A DNA stretch of 64,000 nt from Lama glama (Eukaryota), in assembly GCA_028534125.1 (NCBI GenBank), contig CM052832.1, positions 8,124,001 through 8,188,000 on the forward strand, in the 5' to 3' direction. Of this stretch, positions 11,331 through 24,481 are shown one piece after another; position 1 is the stretch's first letter, and every line of letters starts with the position of its first letter. The position numbers were made by a program, and so were the translations under genes. The notes under the pieces are model-generated. The model had not been told where the DNA came from and ran no database searches. It worked only from the letters and a program-made list of their open reading frames with translations.

Positions 11331-14300
11331 TATAAATAATTGCTTAAATTGGAATAGTGCTTAGTGTCTATTTTGAAAGCATTTATTTATACGTATTCTC
11401 GGTGTTCCTTGCAGTCCTTGGGCTTGGTGGGCGCTGGTCCCGTGTTTTACACGAGGACACTAAGCTTCAGAGGGAACATGATTTCCCAGGGTCCTGCTAC
11501 TAATAGGTGGTCAAGCTGGCCTTAAAGCCAGCTCCTGTGACTTCAGCTCAGTCCCAACTGACTTCTGCTGACTTCCCACAACGCCCTGGGGTCTTATTTT
11601 CGTGATTGACGAGTTCTCTCCATCTTGAGCTGATTCTCACTGGCTGTAATTCTAGAGGGTAACAGTCTGGTTTCCCCAAATTCAGTGGGGACGCTTGGCG
11701 CCTCGCCAGCCAATCCCTGACAGCTAGGAAGCAAAGGCTCTTAGTTTTCCGACTTCCCCAGTGCTCCTCTGACTAAGCCAGATTCAAGGTGCCTCTGCGT
11801 GTTTTAGGAGCTAGCATCACTCTTCAGCTGGCCTCCCAGAAGGGCTGGCAGACTGGCCGACGTGCTCTGCTGCAGCAGCTGACCCTGGGTCATCTCCCTG
11901 GGTTCATAGACCTGGAGGAGGACTCGCCCACACCGGGTCCTGCTTTGCCGGTGGGGAGTATCTCTCCTGCTGCAGCAGCTGGTACTCAGCAAGCTCTTAA
12001 CTCCTCTGCTTTCTGGGCTGTTTCCCAAAGGCTGCAGGAGGAAGAGACCCCTGCCCTGAGGGAAAAGAAGGGTGGGACTGTCATTCTCAGCCTGGCACCA
12101 CCTGCTCAGGGCATGGCCTTTGCTCTGGGTCGGGCAGCTGGACCAGAGCTGCCCTCCAGTTTTGCAGGGAGCTTGCCTTCCGGGGTCGGCTCACTTCTTC
12201 CCTGCCCTTAGTCAGCAGAACGTGCGTCCATCCTCTCACGGATTTGCAGGGCACTAGCTGACCTGCTCCAGCCCCTCTCCAGCCTCCCTGCTGTTGAGGT
12301 TTGCCCGAGTCATTCAAATGACTGTCCTCTCCGTCCCTCCTCCGGTCTTCCGTGGGCTTAAACACTCCTCTCAAGGTGTTCTGCGCCGACTGCTGGAAGG
12401 CTGTGGTTTCCATGGGCCGGGGGGCCGGGGCCCGCTCCCCGACTGTGACGCAGGCCCTCGCAGCACACAGCCCAGAATAGCCTCAGCTCTGCTGCTTTCC
12501 CAGCTGCCCTATCACTTTGCAAACTGGAATCTAATTTGCTGTCCACCCTCCCCACCCCAGTCTCTCAGCCAGTACCGCTTTCTTTGCTCATGAAATATTT
12601 ATAATCACAGATTATGTTTCCCTATGAGTATAAACTTGCTTTTGTTTTTTTCCTTTCCATGCCCTTAAGAAGCCACCCCCGACACGTCAAAGAACCTCAT
12701 CTCCCTAGGTTCATAGACCTCATCCAGTGTCTGCCGCAGCGTCCAGCTCCACCCATGGCTTGACTCCCTCTGCTGCCCTACTGCTGAAGAAGACACAGGA
12801 AGGCTGTACATTGGGGGTTGTGGTTGGGAGACCTGGGTTCCTGTCGGGCTGTGCTGCTAACTAGCTGTGTGGCTCTGAGTGAGCCACTGCCTTGGGGAAC
12901 TGGGGAGCTCACTGCATGAGGTCTTGGTGCCTGTGCTGTGGGCGTGCCTCCAGGGTCACCAGGCATGACACTGACCGAAACCTTGCCCCAGCCACCCTGA
13001 AGGGCATGCCGTTGGCTGCAGATGGAGACCTGGCCAAAGAATGCTCAGAGATCAGCCTGTCACCATCAACACTCCTGAAAAACTAGCCAGAAGCCAACCA
13101 CCTCTTCTGGAGTTGGGAGGTCCCATCACTGCCTGGAAGGCAGGCAGTTCCCTCCTGAAACCCTCAAGCCCAGGCTTGTTTTAGTGAGGACAGCGAGAGC
13201 CAGAGGGGGCCCCTGCCCCAGCAGAGGAGCGAGCCCCCAGGGTGTGAGCACAGCCTCCTTAGCTTCCCTGCTCTTTCTTCCCACTTCCTTTCTTGGCCTC
13301 TTCTCATGTCCTCTCTTGTTCTTTCTCAGTGGCTGATAATTCATGTTTTCGATGAAAATTGCCTGATGTTGGAATCAAACACTTAACTGAAATTCAAATC
13401 TGTCCCAGCAGCTGCATTTCTTTTCTTCCCCTCATTTTGTAATTCAATCTTTTAACAAAAAGTTTCAGGATTTCTTTTTATTCTTTCCCACCTGGAGGAT
13501 GGATCACAGTTCAGTTCCCCTCAGTATTTTGGACACTTGCTGAATTCTTTTGCCAAATATTAGTAATTTTCCAAATTAGCTGGACTCAAAGTGAAAATGA
13601 GTTTGCTTCTCAATTTTCAGCCTCAAGCCAGTTTCTTTAGGATTTTTTAATGCCAGTTGTCATTTGCTTGATATTTTGACAGGCTATCTTGTAAGGCATA
13701 CCACGCCTTTATTTTTTTTTTTTGAATGAAAGTGACTTTAAATTTATTTTATTTTGAGAATTTCATAAGAGCTCTTGAGTAATTGAGATACCCTTGGATA
13801 TTATGAAACTGATTGGCAGCTGATTTTAGGCCAAATGTTTGCATGACAAATAGACACAACTCTTGGTCAGTCAAGACTGATGATCTGGCCTGCGATCAGC
13901 GCCATCCTTCCTGCTCCCCGCTCCCCACTCTGGGCTCCCTGTTGACTTTGTACCACCTCCCCAGGGCTGGAAGAGGAGAGAAGGAGAGACCTTCACTCGC
14001 AGTGCTGGCCTTTTCAAGGGATGCGCTGCCTGGCCTCCCGTGGATTCCTTGAGCTGGGGGAGGGCGGTGCTGCCCCATCCCCATAACCCAGTGCCCTTTC
14101 TGGCTGGCACACTGGCTGGGGAGCTTTCATCTTTTCACCTACCTCATTGGCACTGTCTTTAACCAGTTGCATCAACTCATTGGTTTTCTGCCAGCTCTGG
14201 TTAAAGGTTTGCTAGTGAAGAAGAATGAAACCCTTGCTTGAAATGAGATTCAGGGTTGTCTGTGGGTTTTGTTTCTCCAGGCTGGGTCCCCACAGTAGAT

Positions 14301-14496
14301 GAACGGTTAAGAATTGCTTACATGGTTCTCCATTTATCTCCAGTGTTTGCTGCAGCTCTCCTGTCCCATAGACTTCCCTTTGTACTGAACTGAATTGCTT
14401 TTTAGTAGGTAACTGCTTGCAGAGAGACAGTCCTTGTATATACATTTTTCTTTTGTTAGATAAAAAAATTAATTTTAGTCTTACCCATTCACTTTA

Positions 14497-14597
14497 ATTT
14501 TTCTATTTTTTTTTCTTAGTGGAGGTGCTGGGGATGGAACCCAGGACCTTGTGCATGCTAAGCATGTGCTCTACCCCTGAGCTATACCCACCCCTTC
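14497..14597 (-). mobile_element. tRNA-Ala(AGC)-derived SINE (camelid Vic-1-like) with 17-bp target-site duplication
   Basis: Minus strand reads GGGTATAGCTCAGGGGTAGAGCACATGCTTAGCATGCACAAGGTCCTGGGTTCCATCCCCAGCACCTCCA plus an A-rich tail. Flanks cttacccattcacttta (14480-14496) and cttaccccttcacttta (14598-14614) match at 16/17. Confidence 0.88.
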
Positions 14598-17008
14598 CTT
14601 ACCCCTTCACTTTATTTATGAGATCATGTATTTATGTTTTTAAAAAGTCAGAAGCTGATGTACTTAGGGTGTGAGGTGTCACAATATCTGCTCCAAAAAG
14701 TATCAGTTGATGGATCTGAGTAGTGATTACACAATTTTTTCAACTTTTCAAAGTTTTGGCATTTTCAAAATGTTAGGAATAAAATAAAATAAAAAATAAA
14801 ATAAAAAAAGGAATGACTGCTTAAAAAAAATTCTGATGATAAAACCAAACTTGTGTTCAAAACATTTTCTCAGCAGCCAGGGAGCCTGGCAGGGCCCCGA
14901 GGTGTGGCCCCTCACTGGCTGGTGGGGACGGGGCTGCTCCAGGGGCTGTGAGCCCGCTTGCTGGGGCCTGAATGTTCGCACCGCCCCTCCCTGTGCCCGT
15001 GCGTGGCCTGGGCCTGGTTGTCTTCTATAGGGATGTGGCTGTAGTGTTTAACTCTGTTCCCAACACCTGGCATACAGTAGGTGTGCAGGTAAATGTCAAA
15101 CCAATAGATGACTTCTGTTCAAGTTCAGGTGAGTTTTTCCAGGAGAGAAGCTTGTGCTTCCTAAGTAGCTGCTCTTAGTTGCTGTGTGCTTTGTTTTGGG
15201 AATGCGTAGGGTGCTTCTCTCTCCAAGGGCACGCCTCAGCGAACCCACCTGTGACTTGGGTTCATTTCAGAACAGAAGTGGCATGCACCCGCACTCGTGT
15301 GGCGTAGGTCTTTCACTGTGACTGTGTAGACTCTGGGGCTGAGCAGCCCCCCAGATTTCACAGAGGAAAATAGCAGATTCCATCAGATCTCAGGTTTTCT
15401 GGTTCCGTCCTTTTCACCTCACAGCATCACAGAGCACTTTCTCTCACCAGTAAGTTTAAAAACACGATGAACTTTCTGAAAAATACATTTGGATGGGGCC
15501 AGACCCACCCAACCAGCAGAGATAGGAAGCAGCATTGCTTGTGAGGAGCTGGGAGGATCTCGGCTCCCCTGAGCGTGTTCCCAAGGGTGGTGACTGGCAG
15601 GAGGAAGGTCTGTGATGCTGTGGTCTGAAGCCTTTCCTCTGACCTTAGTTCCCCACTGGGTCCGAGGGCTTCAGAGCCCACCTCATGACCCTCTCCTCCT
15701 CCTGGATAGCAGGTGCTTCCTCACTGGGGTCCGCGTGGTCTCTGAACACTGCTGCAGGCAAACCTCATCCCCTGCAGGGTCCTTTGGCTGCACAGGTGCT
15801 CCCGCCTTTGTGATGTCCCCTCAAGCCCACTGCTAAGGCTTCCTCCAGCCTTGGTGACAGTGCAGAGCGGGAGGTAGGGCTGAGGTCCCTATTTTATGGA
15901 TAGAGAACTGAATCAGTGTGCAGTGGAGTTGGGCCCAGCGTTCTTTTTATTACTCTGTGGAGCCCCAGCTGGGCCTGGTACCTCCCCACACTTTTCACAC
16001 CTCTTTAAAATCGGTAATCCCCATGGGCTCAGGAACAGTGTCTTATTTATTCACGGCTGTGTCCCCGGTTCTCAGTAGATGTACAAAAAATATTGAGAGT
16101 TCAAAGGTTAAAATTTGGAGTCTCAGTTTAGGAGTCTGTGGTACAGATGTGTAGAACAGGAGTTGGCAAAAATTAAGACATTCTAGGGTGTATTTCCAAG
16201 GACAGGGCACAGTTGCATATCTCTGGGTAGATCCTTACCCAGTGAACTTCACCCCCCATGTCATATGCCCAGTGTTTCCTGCTCATAGGATATCTTCCCA
16301 TGCCAAGTCTGGACTGATAACCCCATTAAACTAGAGTTCACATTCATGTCCAAAGAATCCATGTGTGGTGTCTTGGAGAAAACCCATGATGAGGTGTGGC
16401 TTTGGGCCATACCTTGGGTATCTCTTACTGGGACCTAGCCAGGCCTGAACAAGGAGCCCTTAACAGGAATTTAGTTTCTTTCTTTTCCAAAAAATAAAAT
16501 ACTATACCTTGTCCTAAATTTACTTTCAATCACACAGAATTTTTAATACCTTCAAATGCTCAGGCAACAACAAAAAAAGGTTACAAAGCAGCTTAGGAGG
16601 CAGTAGTCTCTGTGGGGTTCTGAGGGTAACAGGACTGGTGAGTATCTGGGGGATGGATGGAAGGGGGAAGATGAACTTGCACAGCTCAATCCTTGGGTTT
16701 AAATGATGTCCTTGGAGGCAGTCAGCAGTCCCCAGGCTTAGGCAGGGGACAGAAAGACAGGGAGTAAGAGAAGAAAAGAAAGGAGAGATGCACGTGATGG
16801 AAAGTGATGTGTCCCCCTACCGTGGCTTCTGCGTTCATCACTGTCCAGGCTGCCGGTTGCTTTTTTTGACAAAGCTTTTCCACCTTCCTGTCTTGTTTCC
16901 CCCATTTCCCCCCACCCAGAAGGATGTAGAATAAATGAGTTTTCTAATGGACTAAGTTTTTAATCTTTACCATGTTTAGGAGAAACGAAAGCTGTCCAAG
17001 GGATAAGG

Positions 17009-17199
17009 CAGTGGTTCTCAATGGGGACATTTGGCAGTGTCTGGAGACTAACTTGTTTGTCACCACTTAGGGTGGCATCTGGTGACTAGAGGCCAGGGAC
17101 ACTGCTAGACATGTTACAAATGTACAAGACAGCCCCCACAGCAAAGAACCACCTGGCCCCAAATGTCGATGGGATAGTGCCAAGGGGCAAAAACCCCTG
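17009..17199 (+). mobile_element. MER20 hAT-Charlie non-autonomous DNA transposon
   Basis: cagtggttctcaa...ggggacatttggcagtgtctggagac...gaggccagggacactgctagacat...acagcccccacagcaaagaa...aaacccctg. The 8-bp flanks ggataagg / gggtaaga match at 6/8. Confidence 0.85.
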
Positions 17200-18772
17200 G
17201 GGTAAGACTAGGTGGGACCTGCTGTGTGTTGGGGGACAGAGGACGCCCGGGAGCCATTGTAAAACATTGGTTCCTAATAACAGTGTAGAATTATAGGAAT
17301 AAAACCCTCACTGGAATCCATGAAACTCTGCACTTGACCACTGTTTATCTGCCCACTGCCCCAACTTGAGCCCTAAATGTGGAGCAGGTGATGGGGACTC
17401 CGGAAGGCTGCAGTAAGTACGGAAGGGTCGAGCACTAAGCCAGCCGTCAGCACCGGGGCACCTGGCTCACAGCGTGCAGGTGGAGGGACTCAGTCCACAC
17501 AGGGGGCGCCGAGCTGGGGGTCGTGCTCAGCCACTCGTGGAGCTGGGTCGCCTTGTTAAGTCCCTCTTCCCAGAGCTCGGGCTCCTGCCCCTGCTCCTTC
17601 TCTGTGACTGTCGTAGCAGTGGTCCCAGCAACCTTCCTACTTCACAAATCTCACAACTTCGGAGTCACTTTTGGGTTCTTCCGCTGTTCCCTGTCCATTT
17701 CTAGTTTTCACAAAGTGCTGCCCACTCTCCTACAGCGCAGTGGTCCTCCTCCTCCATCCCCAGGGCCCCAACCCAGTCCTGCACATGGCTGCCTAGTTAC
17801 TGTGCAATCCAGTTGCCCACCAGAGGCAGTTCTCAGGGTAGAAATCCCATCTTTCACCCTGGGGCCTCTAGTGCATGCTAGTAGGAGCAAAGAAGAGACA
17901 CCCATGTACTGGGGAGAAAGCAATGTGTTGGGGGCTTGCTTTGGGCCAGTTTTGTACTAGGCGCTTTACACATTCTGTTCCAAGACGTCCCCCTGACGAC
18001 ACCGAGATCATTGTGCCTGAGGTGTGGGTGAGAAACCCCAGCCAAGAAGAGTTAGGGAACAGGCGGTCAGGGCAGGCTGGGCTTTGAAGTCAGCCTGTCT
18101 GACCTCGTAGCTCCTGCTCTTTCTGCCGCACTGACTGTGATGGAAATATTTCTTGGTAAGGTGCCCTCTCTCAGCTATTAAAGTCGTCTTCCGGAAGCAG
18201 CTGCAAGATGAGCACTGCGGACACTCGCAGTCACTTCCAGTTGCCTCTCAGGTCAGCTCCCTCCAGCCAGCCAAGGGCAGTGCTCCTGCTCCTGCAGGAG
18301 GCCCGCTCCCTGCCTGTCATCAGCAGTTTCCTGTCCCTTGCAACCTGGGATGGCTGCTCTGGCCAAGGAGACGGGCCTCTGCCTTCCATTCTCTGCGCCC
18401 AGCCAACCGTGGGCCCCCTGGTGGTGCCCTGTCTCACTGCACAGCCCTCGGTACCCAGTACTGGATGGATTCCCAGATGGAGAGCATGGGTCCTTCCTCG
18501 CCCCCAGAAAAACCTGTCTCTGCTTCTCCAAACCCACTCCTCAGCTAGAAAACCCAGGCCAAGGCAGCCCTGCCTGCCTGTCCCTTAGTGGGGTTTGTCC
18601 CACCCAGAGACCACTCCTCACTTTGTTTCTCCAGCCTGGTCCACTAGACTGCTGCCTTCCATCAGCACATGCCATGCTGAGCCCATAGCTCTGCCTGCGC
18701 CCGTCTTTGGCTTGGAATGTCCTTTTCTCCTGGAGTGGCAGCCAGGCATCTATGGAACCTCCTCAAACATCT

Positions 18773-19272
18773 NNNNNNNNNNNNNNNNNNNNNNNNNNNN
18801 NNNNNNNNNNNNNNNNNNNNNNNNNNNNNNNNNNNNNNNNNNNNNNNNNNNNNNNNNNNNNNNNNNNNNNNNNNNNNNNNNNNNNNNNNNNNNNNNNNNN
18901 NNNNNNNNNNNNNNNNNNNNNNNNNNNNNNNNNNNNNNNNNNNNNNNNNNNNNNNNNNNNNNNNNNNNNNNNNNNNNNNNNNNNNNNNNNNNNNNNNNNN
19001 NNNNNNNNNNNNNNNNNNNNNNNNNNNNNNNNNNNNNNNNNNNNNNNNNNNNNNNNNNNNNNNNNNNNNNNNNNNNNNNNNNNNNNNNNNNNNNNNNNNN
19101 NNNNNNNNNNNNNNNNNNNNNNNNNNNNNNNNNNNNNNNNNNNNNNNNNNNNNNNNNNNNNNNNNNNNNNNNNNNNNNNNNNNNNNNNNNNNNNNNNNNN
19201 NNNNNNNNNNNNNNNNNNNNNNNNNNNNNNNNNNNNNNNNNNNNNNNNNNNNNNNNNNNNNNNNNNNNNNNN
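18773..19272. other. Assembly gap (500 N)
   Basis: Run of N. The round length suggests a placeholder of unknown true size. Confidence 0.99.
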
Positions 19273-20518
19273 GAAATAGGGATGATAATGTCCGCCTTTT
19301 AGGGCTCCTGTGAGGATGAAGTAGGATAAAGAACTCCTAGCACAGTAGGTGCTCAATAAATCATAGCCATTATTGTTATTTCAAATCTCAGCCCTCAAAA
19401 TATTTGAGCTCTTACCAGGTAACAGTTGGGTTAAGGGCTTCAGGACTATATCTGGTTCAATCAGAGGTGACTTGCTGGAGGAGGAGGAGGAGTTAAAGCT
19501 GCTTAAAAGTGTGGGAAGCAGGGCAGCAGTGAGTCAAAAGGCTGTGTGCAGTGGCCAAGAGGGATCATACCTATGTGCCTGTTATCAGTAGTAATATTAC
19601 TATCTCCATGTTACAGACAAGGATACTGAGAGTCTAAATAAGTTGCCCATAGACACACAGCTAGGAAATGCAGAACTGATCACATGGAAGGGATGGGCTG
19701 AGACAGAGAACTTGAGCAAATGCAGAAAACTGGGGTAGTTCTACGAGAGGAGAAAGAGGGAACGAATGGGTTTTGGCACCAGAAATACTCCTGAAGACAG
19801 GGATGGGGGCCAGGTAACATGCCAGCATAGCCTTGGTGAGCACATGGTAGAGGTGGGCAGAGGAAGCCCAGGGGCACAGCTGGACTTAAGGTCTTATAAT
19901 CACAGGATGCTCTTGACAGAGGCCGCCAATCAGCAGCCCCTCAATTGCCCTAAGGCCCAAATGGAAAGGATTTGGGCCAGCCCACAGGGAGGATGCCAGG
20001 CTGTGTGGTCCTAGGAGGTCGGGAGCCTTTTCCCAAGAATCTTCCAAGAACTGGGTGAGTTGAGAGCCAGCTGGTGGTGCTGCACTGAATTAAGAAACAC
20101 ATACGCTGTGCCCCAGCAATTCTGCTCCCTGGGTTCTCTGGAGGGGCTACAGGGGTGGTCATCTGCAAGGATGCTCATGCAGGATGGCTGAGGGGGGTTG
20201 GAGGGGATGTGGGTGCCCGTCTCCCTCAGAGCAAATAGGTGGGCAAATAGATGCAGAGGGCACCCACCCGTACAACACCAATGGGTTTTAAAAACACGGT
20301 GTGGAGTGAGCAAAGTGAGAATGGACACAATGTACTAAGCATGACACTAGAAAATACACACTCATATTTTTGCAAGAACACATACAAGTGGTTAACTGTG
20401 GGGTGGGGCTGAGGCATGGGGATAGAAGTGAGATAAATACAAAGGGCATGTAGTGAAAAGTTGGTCCTTCTACGGTGAGAGGGGCAGCCGGCAGTCAAGC
20501 CCACATTTCTGTGCGCTT

Positions 20519-20535
20519 CTTGCCACCTAGTGGGC
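20519..20535 (-). promoter_or_regulatory. CTCF motif (reverse orientation)
   Basis: Minus strand CCACTAGGTGGCAA versus consensus CCASYAGRKGGCRS, 13/14. Confidence 0.55.
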
Positions 20536-21865
20536 GCAGGGCTCCCAGCACCCTGGCGGCAGGGCCTGGCTGGGCCCTGGAGAGGGGAGGGCTGGCCAGG
20601 GTTGGTTCTGGGTCCAGCTTCCAGGTCTGGGGTGGGGAGGGTTCAGACTGGCTTGCCCTGCCTCCCAGAGGGGCCTTCCCACGTCAGGAGAGCTCCTCCC
20701 CACTGCAGACAAGAAGGTGGTTCCCGAGACCCAGATGCCACATCGCAACACAGAGCTCTTGCTCCTGGCAGGAATGCGAGTGTCTGGCAGGATCTTCACG
20801 AGAGCAACGAGGAGAGAAGAGGGTAGACGGATTGGAGACCCAGCACAGAGGAGAGTTGACGTGCACAGAGAATCCCTTGTGCCTCAGTTCACCCTCTTTG
20901 GAGCACAATTATATCTATCTTGTCGGGATGTTGTGCATGTGAAGTGAGTAAAAATGAAACAACAGGCCTCTCCCAAAGTGAGGGCTGTTAAGAATTGGAT
21001 GCTATCAGTAGCTAAGGGTCACCCAATCCTGTGAAACGGACACCCCATCCTTCATGCTCCCAGGGAATGGGGACTGTGGGCTCTGAGGGACGATGATGGG
21101 CCTGGGGGCTGTGGGGTGTGAATAGAAAGCCCTGGGCCGACAGGGGTCAGGAATGGACCAGGCCAGTCCTGGCAGGCGGAGCCAAGCAGGGTGGGGTCCC
21201 AGGCTGTGCTACCCAACTCTCTGAATCTGCAGAAATATCTCTCTATCTATTGCCTGAGCTCCTCTGTTTCTCTGAATGCCCACCAGCCAGGTGGTGGAGG
21301 TAATGTGTGATCAGGATAAATATGTCCCCAGCAGTGCTTTTATCCCTGGGGCCTGAGGAGCCCCACCCTGCCCCCCACCTCCCTCTGCAGTTCACGGCTC
21401 ACCTCTTTCCTCCTTCCTTCTTGCCTGTCCACCAGGCTCTGTTCCTTCATTTATTTCAGCCTTTCCTGGCTCCTGCACCAGAATCATCTTCCTAAAGACA
21501 GAATAGCTGAGCCTGTTCAAGAACCTGCCTTAGCTTCTCATTGCCTGTGAGTCAATTCAGGCATCTTTGATGGCATTTGGGGTCCCTTATAACCCAACCC
21601 ATCCTGCCTTCTCATGCCCACTTCCTCTGACTCTATGCTTCGTGGCCCCGCTGCCCCTCAAACAATCTGAGTGTCCCTTACTTTGAACTCTCTTCCTCCC
21701 ATTTCTCCACCTGGTTAAGTCCTCCTCACTCATAAAGGCCTGTTTAGTCGTCAGCTCCTCCACAAAGACATCTCCCGCAAGCTGGCCACTCCCAAGCCCT
21801 GCCATTAAATCAGTTGTCATGAATCGAGTACCAGTCACCCATGAACAGCCTGCCCAGTGCTGTTA

Positions 21866-22010
21866 GTGGGTGGAGGAAAGAAAACGTGGGGCCTGTGACA
21901 TCAGATTGGGTGGTGGAATCTCAGCTTGGCCATTCACCAGCTGGGTGACCTTGGGCAAGATGGTTAACCTCTCTGAGTCTTGGTTTTTGTATCTGCTAAA
22001 TGGGGGTAAA
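21866..22010 (+). mobile_element. MIR SINE
   Basis: ccagctgggtgaccttgggcaagatggttaacctctctgagtcttggtttt...ctgctaaatgggg. Confidence 0.8.
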
Positions 22011-22019
22011 GCTCTTATT

Positions 22020-22500
22020 ACACAACCCAAATTCCTCACCACAGCCTGTAAGGCCTTGCCTGAACTGTCTGCTTCTTCTCTCCCCCAGGCTCCCCATGTT
22101 CCAGCCTTACCAGCCCTCCTACTCTTCCTTGAATGTGCCAAGTCCTTTCCTGCCCCTGGCCTTTGCACCTGCCACTCTCTATGTAGAAAACTCTTCATCC
22201 TCCTCCTCCTCATTTCCAGTGTCACCTCCTCAGAGAGGCCCTCTGCAACCACCCTGGAAATCACCACCCCATTTTCTTTTTTTAAAAAAGTGTTTTATTT
22301 GCTGATTATTGCACTATTTAATTATTTTATTTTGGCAAGAGTAGGAGGTAATTAGGTTTATTTATTTTTAGAGGAGGTACTGGGGATTGAACCCCGGACC
22401 TCTTGCATGCTAAGCATGTGCTCTACCACTTGAGCTACACCCCCCCGCCACTTCTGCTTTGTCTCACTGTTTATCACCTTCTACGGTTTATCCCAAGCTG
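22020..22500 (+). mobile_element. L2 fragment, interrupted by the SINE at 22272-22446
   Basis: cccaaattcctcaccacagcctgtaaggcc...ggcctttgcacctgc...gtcacctcctcagagaggccctct. Confidence 0.7.
22272..22446 (-). mobile_element. tRNA-Ala-derived camelid-type SINE with extended tail
   Basis: Minus strand reads GGGGGTGTAGCTCAAGTGGTAGAGCACATGCTTAGCATGCAAGAGGTCCGGGGTTCAATCCCCAGTACCTCCTCTAAAAATAAATAAACCTAATTACCTCC plus an A-rich tail. Confidence 0.88.
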
Positions 22501-24074
22501 TAATATTCCCCCGTTTTGACTTGGCTGAGAGTGGGGTGCTTGTCTCTGGGATTATGGGAGATGAACATACTTGATAAGTGTCAGTCCAGGCCTCGCCTCT
22601 TCCTCTGGTCACACTTGCTCAAGGGGAGCCCCTCAGGGCAAGGGTGTGTCTCCCTCATGTTTGCATTCTTAGCATGCAGCAGTGGGCCTGACCCAGAGAG
22701 GGCCTTAGCCTGTGTTTGCTGCCTTGTTCTTCCCCTTTCTTTTCCCCTTCATAGCTCGTGGTCCCTGATGGTTTCTACTGTGTGTTAGGCTGAGCCTGGC
22801 ATCTCCCAGAGTAGGCGTGTCCCAGGCAAGCTCAGGTCTCTGCCACTTACTTTGCTTCCAAGCCAAACACGGGATTTTAAGTGGGGTTTCCTTCCGGAGC
22901 TGAGTATTAGAGGCCTTGGGTGGTAGGACAGTGACCTAGAATGGTCTGGTCTAACCCTGAGGGACTTGGAGAGGCAAGAAGCTCCCAGTGATGCCCACAG
23001 GCCCCTCTGAGTTTGGGGAGCTTGGGCTGGGATTCGCCCAGGCTGAGAGGGGGCCGCACAGTCTAATGAAGCCTCATTTGGTTCAGAGGCAAACTGGTCC
23101 CTGAACATGGCTTGTCCTTTCTTAAGCTGAACCAGAGGCCTGGTAAATGGGACAATGCCAGGGCTTCATGTCACCCACTCCACTGCTGGAGGACAGCCTC
23201 TGGCACCAGGAAGCAGGAGCCAGTCTGTTGGTATGCAGGGGCTGGCCTGCGAGTCTGTGGCACCCAGCCTGGAATCAGTCGGCTGCTGTACGGATGAGGG
23301 GGAGGGGCTGGAGAGAGCCACCCTGGCAGGGACAGACCCCAGGGCCCTGCTCTGTACCCACCCACTGAGCAAGTGGGGCAGGATTCACCCCTGCTGGATG
23401 AGGGAGACTTGGAGGGGGAAGGTGTGGTTAGGCAGAGAGAGCCATGCTCCTTGGATTTGAAGATTTATTAATAAAATGTTAAAAAGTCATTTTGGGAACT
23501 GATCTAAAGGTTGATGGCATCTTGCTTTGTTAAGGAAAGACATAAGAATAATTAAAAAAAATTCCTATTGTTGTATCCTCAAACAATGACCATTTTAATA
23601 CCAAAAAATAGAAATAAGAAATAGTTTTTCCCCAGAGGGTTGATAAGCATTTTTACGCCGACATTTTGAGTCAGGGACCAGCTCTTGAGAATTGTTGGCT
23701 TAGGGGCTTGGGGGTGTGTATGTGTGTGAGTGTGGGAGTGTGTGGGCGTGTGTGTGTGTAGGGAAATGGCATGGAAGCAGGTAGCTGTCTGAGTGGTGTG
23801 ATTGGAGGGAAGAAGCTGTGCTTCTCGCATCCCAAATATTTCTTGGATGAGTCCAGAAAGCCTCCACTTCTCTGTACCATTTAGGTTTCTGTGGATTAAC
23901 TAGTTTTCTCTTTGAAGGTGCAGATCCCATGGGCAGGGTTAGTCAGGGCAAGTGCTGTGTGTGTGTATGACCTCCAGGACAGTGTCTGTCCAGGTGAAAT
24001 CTGGTTGGGACAAATGTCAAGGGCATGTGTGGGGACGGGAGAGGGAGGAAAGGGGCAGCCTTGCTGAGCCCTCA

Positions 24075-24290
24075 CTGTGTGTCAGGCACTCTCGTCCCAC
24101 CTTTCCTGTGTGTTAACCCATGGAATCCTTGCAACAACATGGAGAGCGCCGTCTTCTCTCCATTTTCCAGATGAGAAAACTGAGACCCAGAAAGGAAGAG
24201 TGTATGTCCAAAGTCACACAGCCAGCGTTGGAGCCAGTGTCTAAATCCAGGTCTGTCTGAACTCAAGGCTGGAGCTTTATTTCTCCAGTG
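24075..24290 (-). mobile_element. MIR SINE
   Basis: cccattttccagatgagaaaactgagacccaga...ccaaagtcacacagc...aatccaggtctgtctga. Confidence 0.85.
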
Positions 24291-24481
24291 GACCAGGGCA
24301 CAGAAATGTTTAAAAACCACTGGAGTCCTGTATCTGTGTTGGCATAGCGTCTAGTAGACTTGTTTTTTTTTTAATTTGTTCTGTCCATCCCAAAACACTG
24401 CCGCTGACTGTGTTGGCCACTCCCAGACCTGTGGAAGGAAGGCTCACAAAATGGTCTGGTCCAGGCTTTACCCTTCAGTCA

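Noticed and set aside
14520..14591. tRNA-Ala(AGC) gene; likewise ~22373-22445
   Set aside because: Mismatched acceptor stem, altered B box in this copy, A-rich tail instead of a T-run terminator, and a TSD all indicate SINEs rather than tRNA genes.
16150..16465. Possible solo LTR ending ...cccttaaca
   Set aside because: LTR-like appearance (ATTAAA, terminal ACA) but I cannot define a family or 5' boundary.
18595..19356. ORFs of 190-235 aa
   Set aside because: Artefacts of translating through the N gap.
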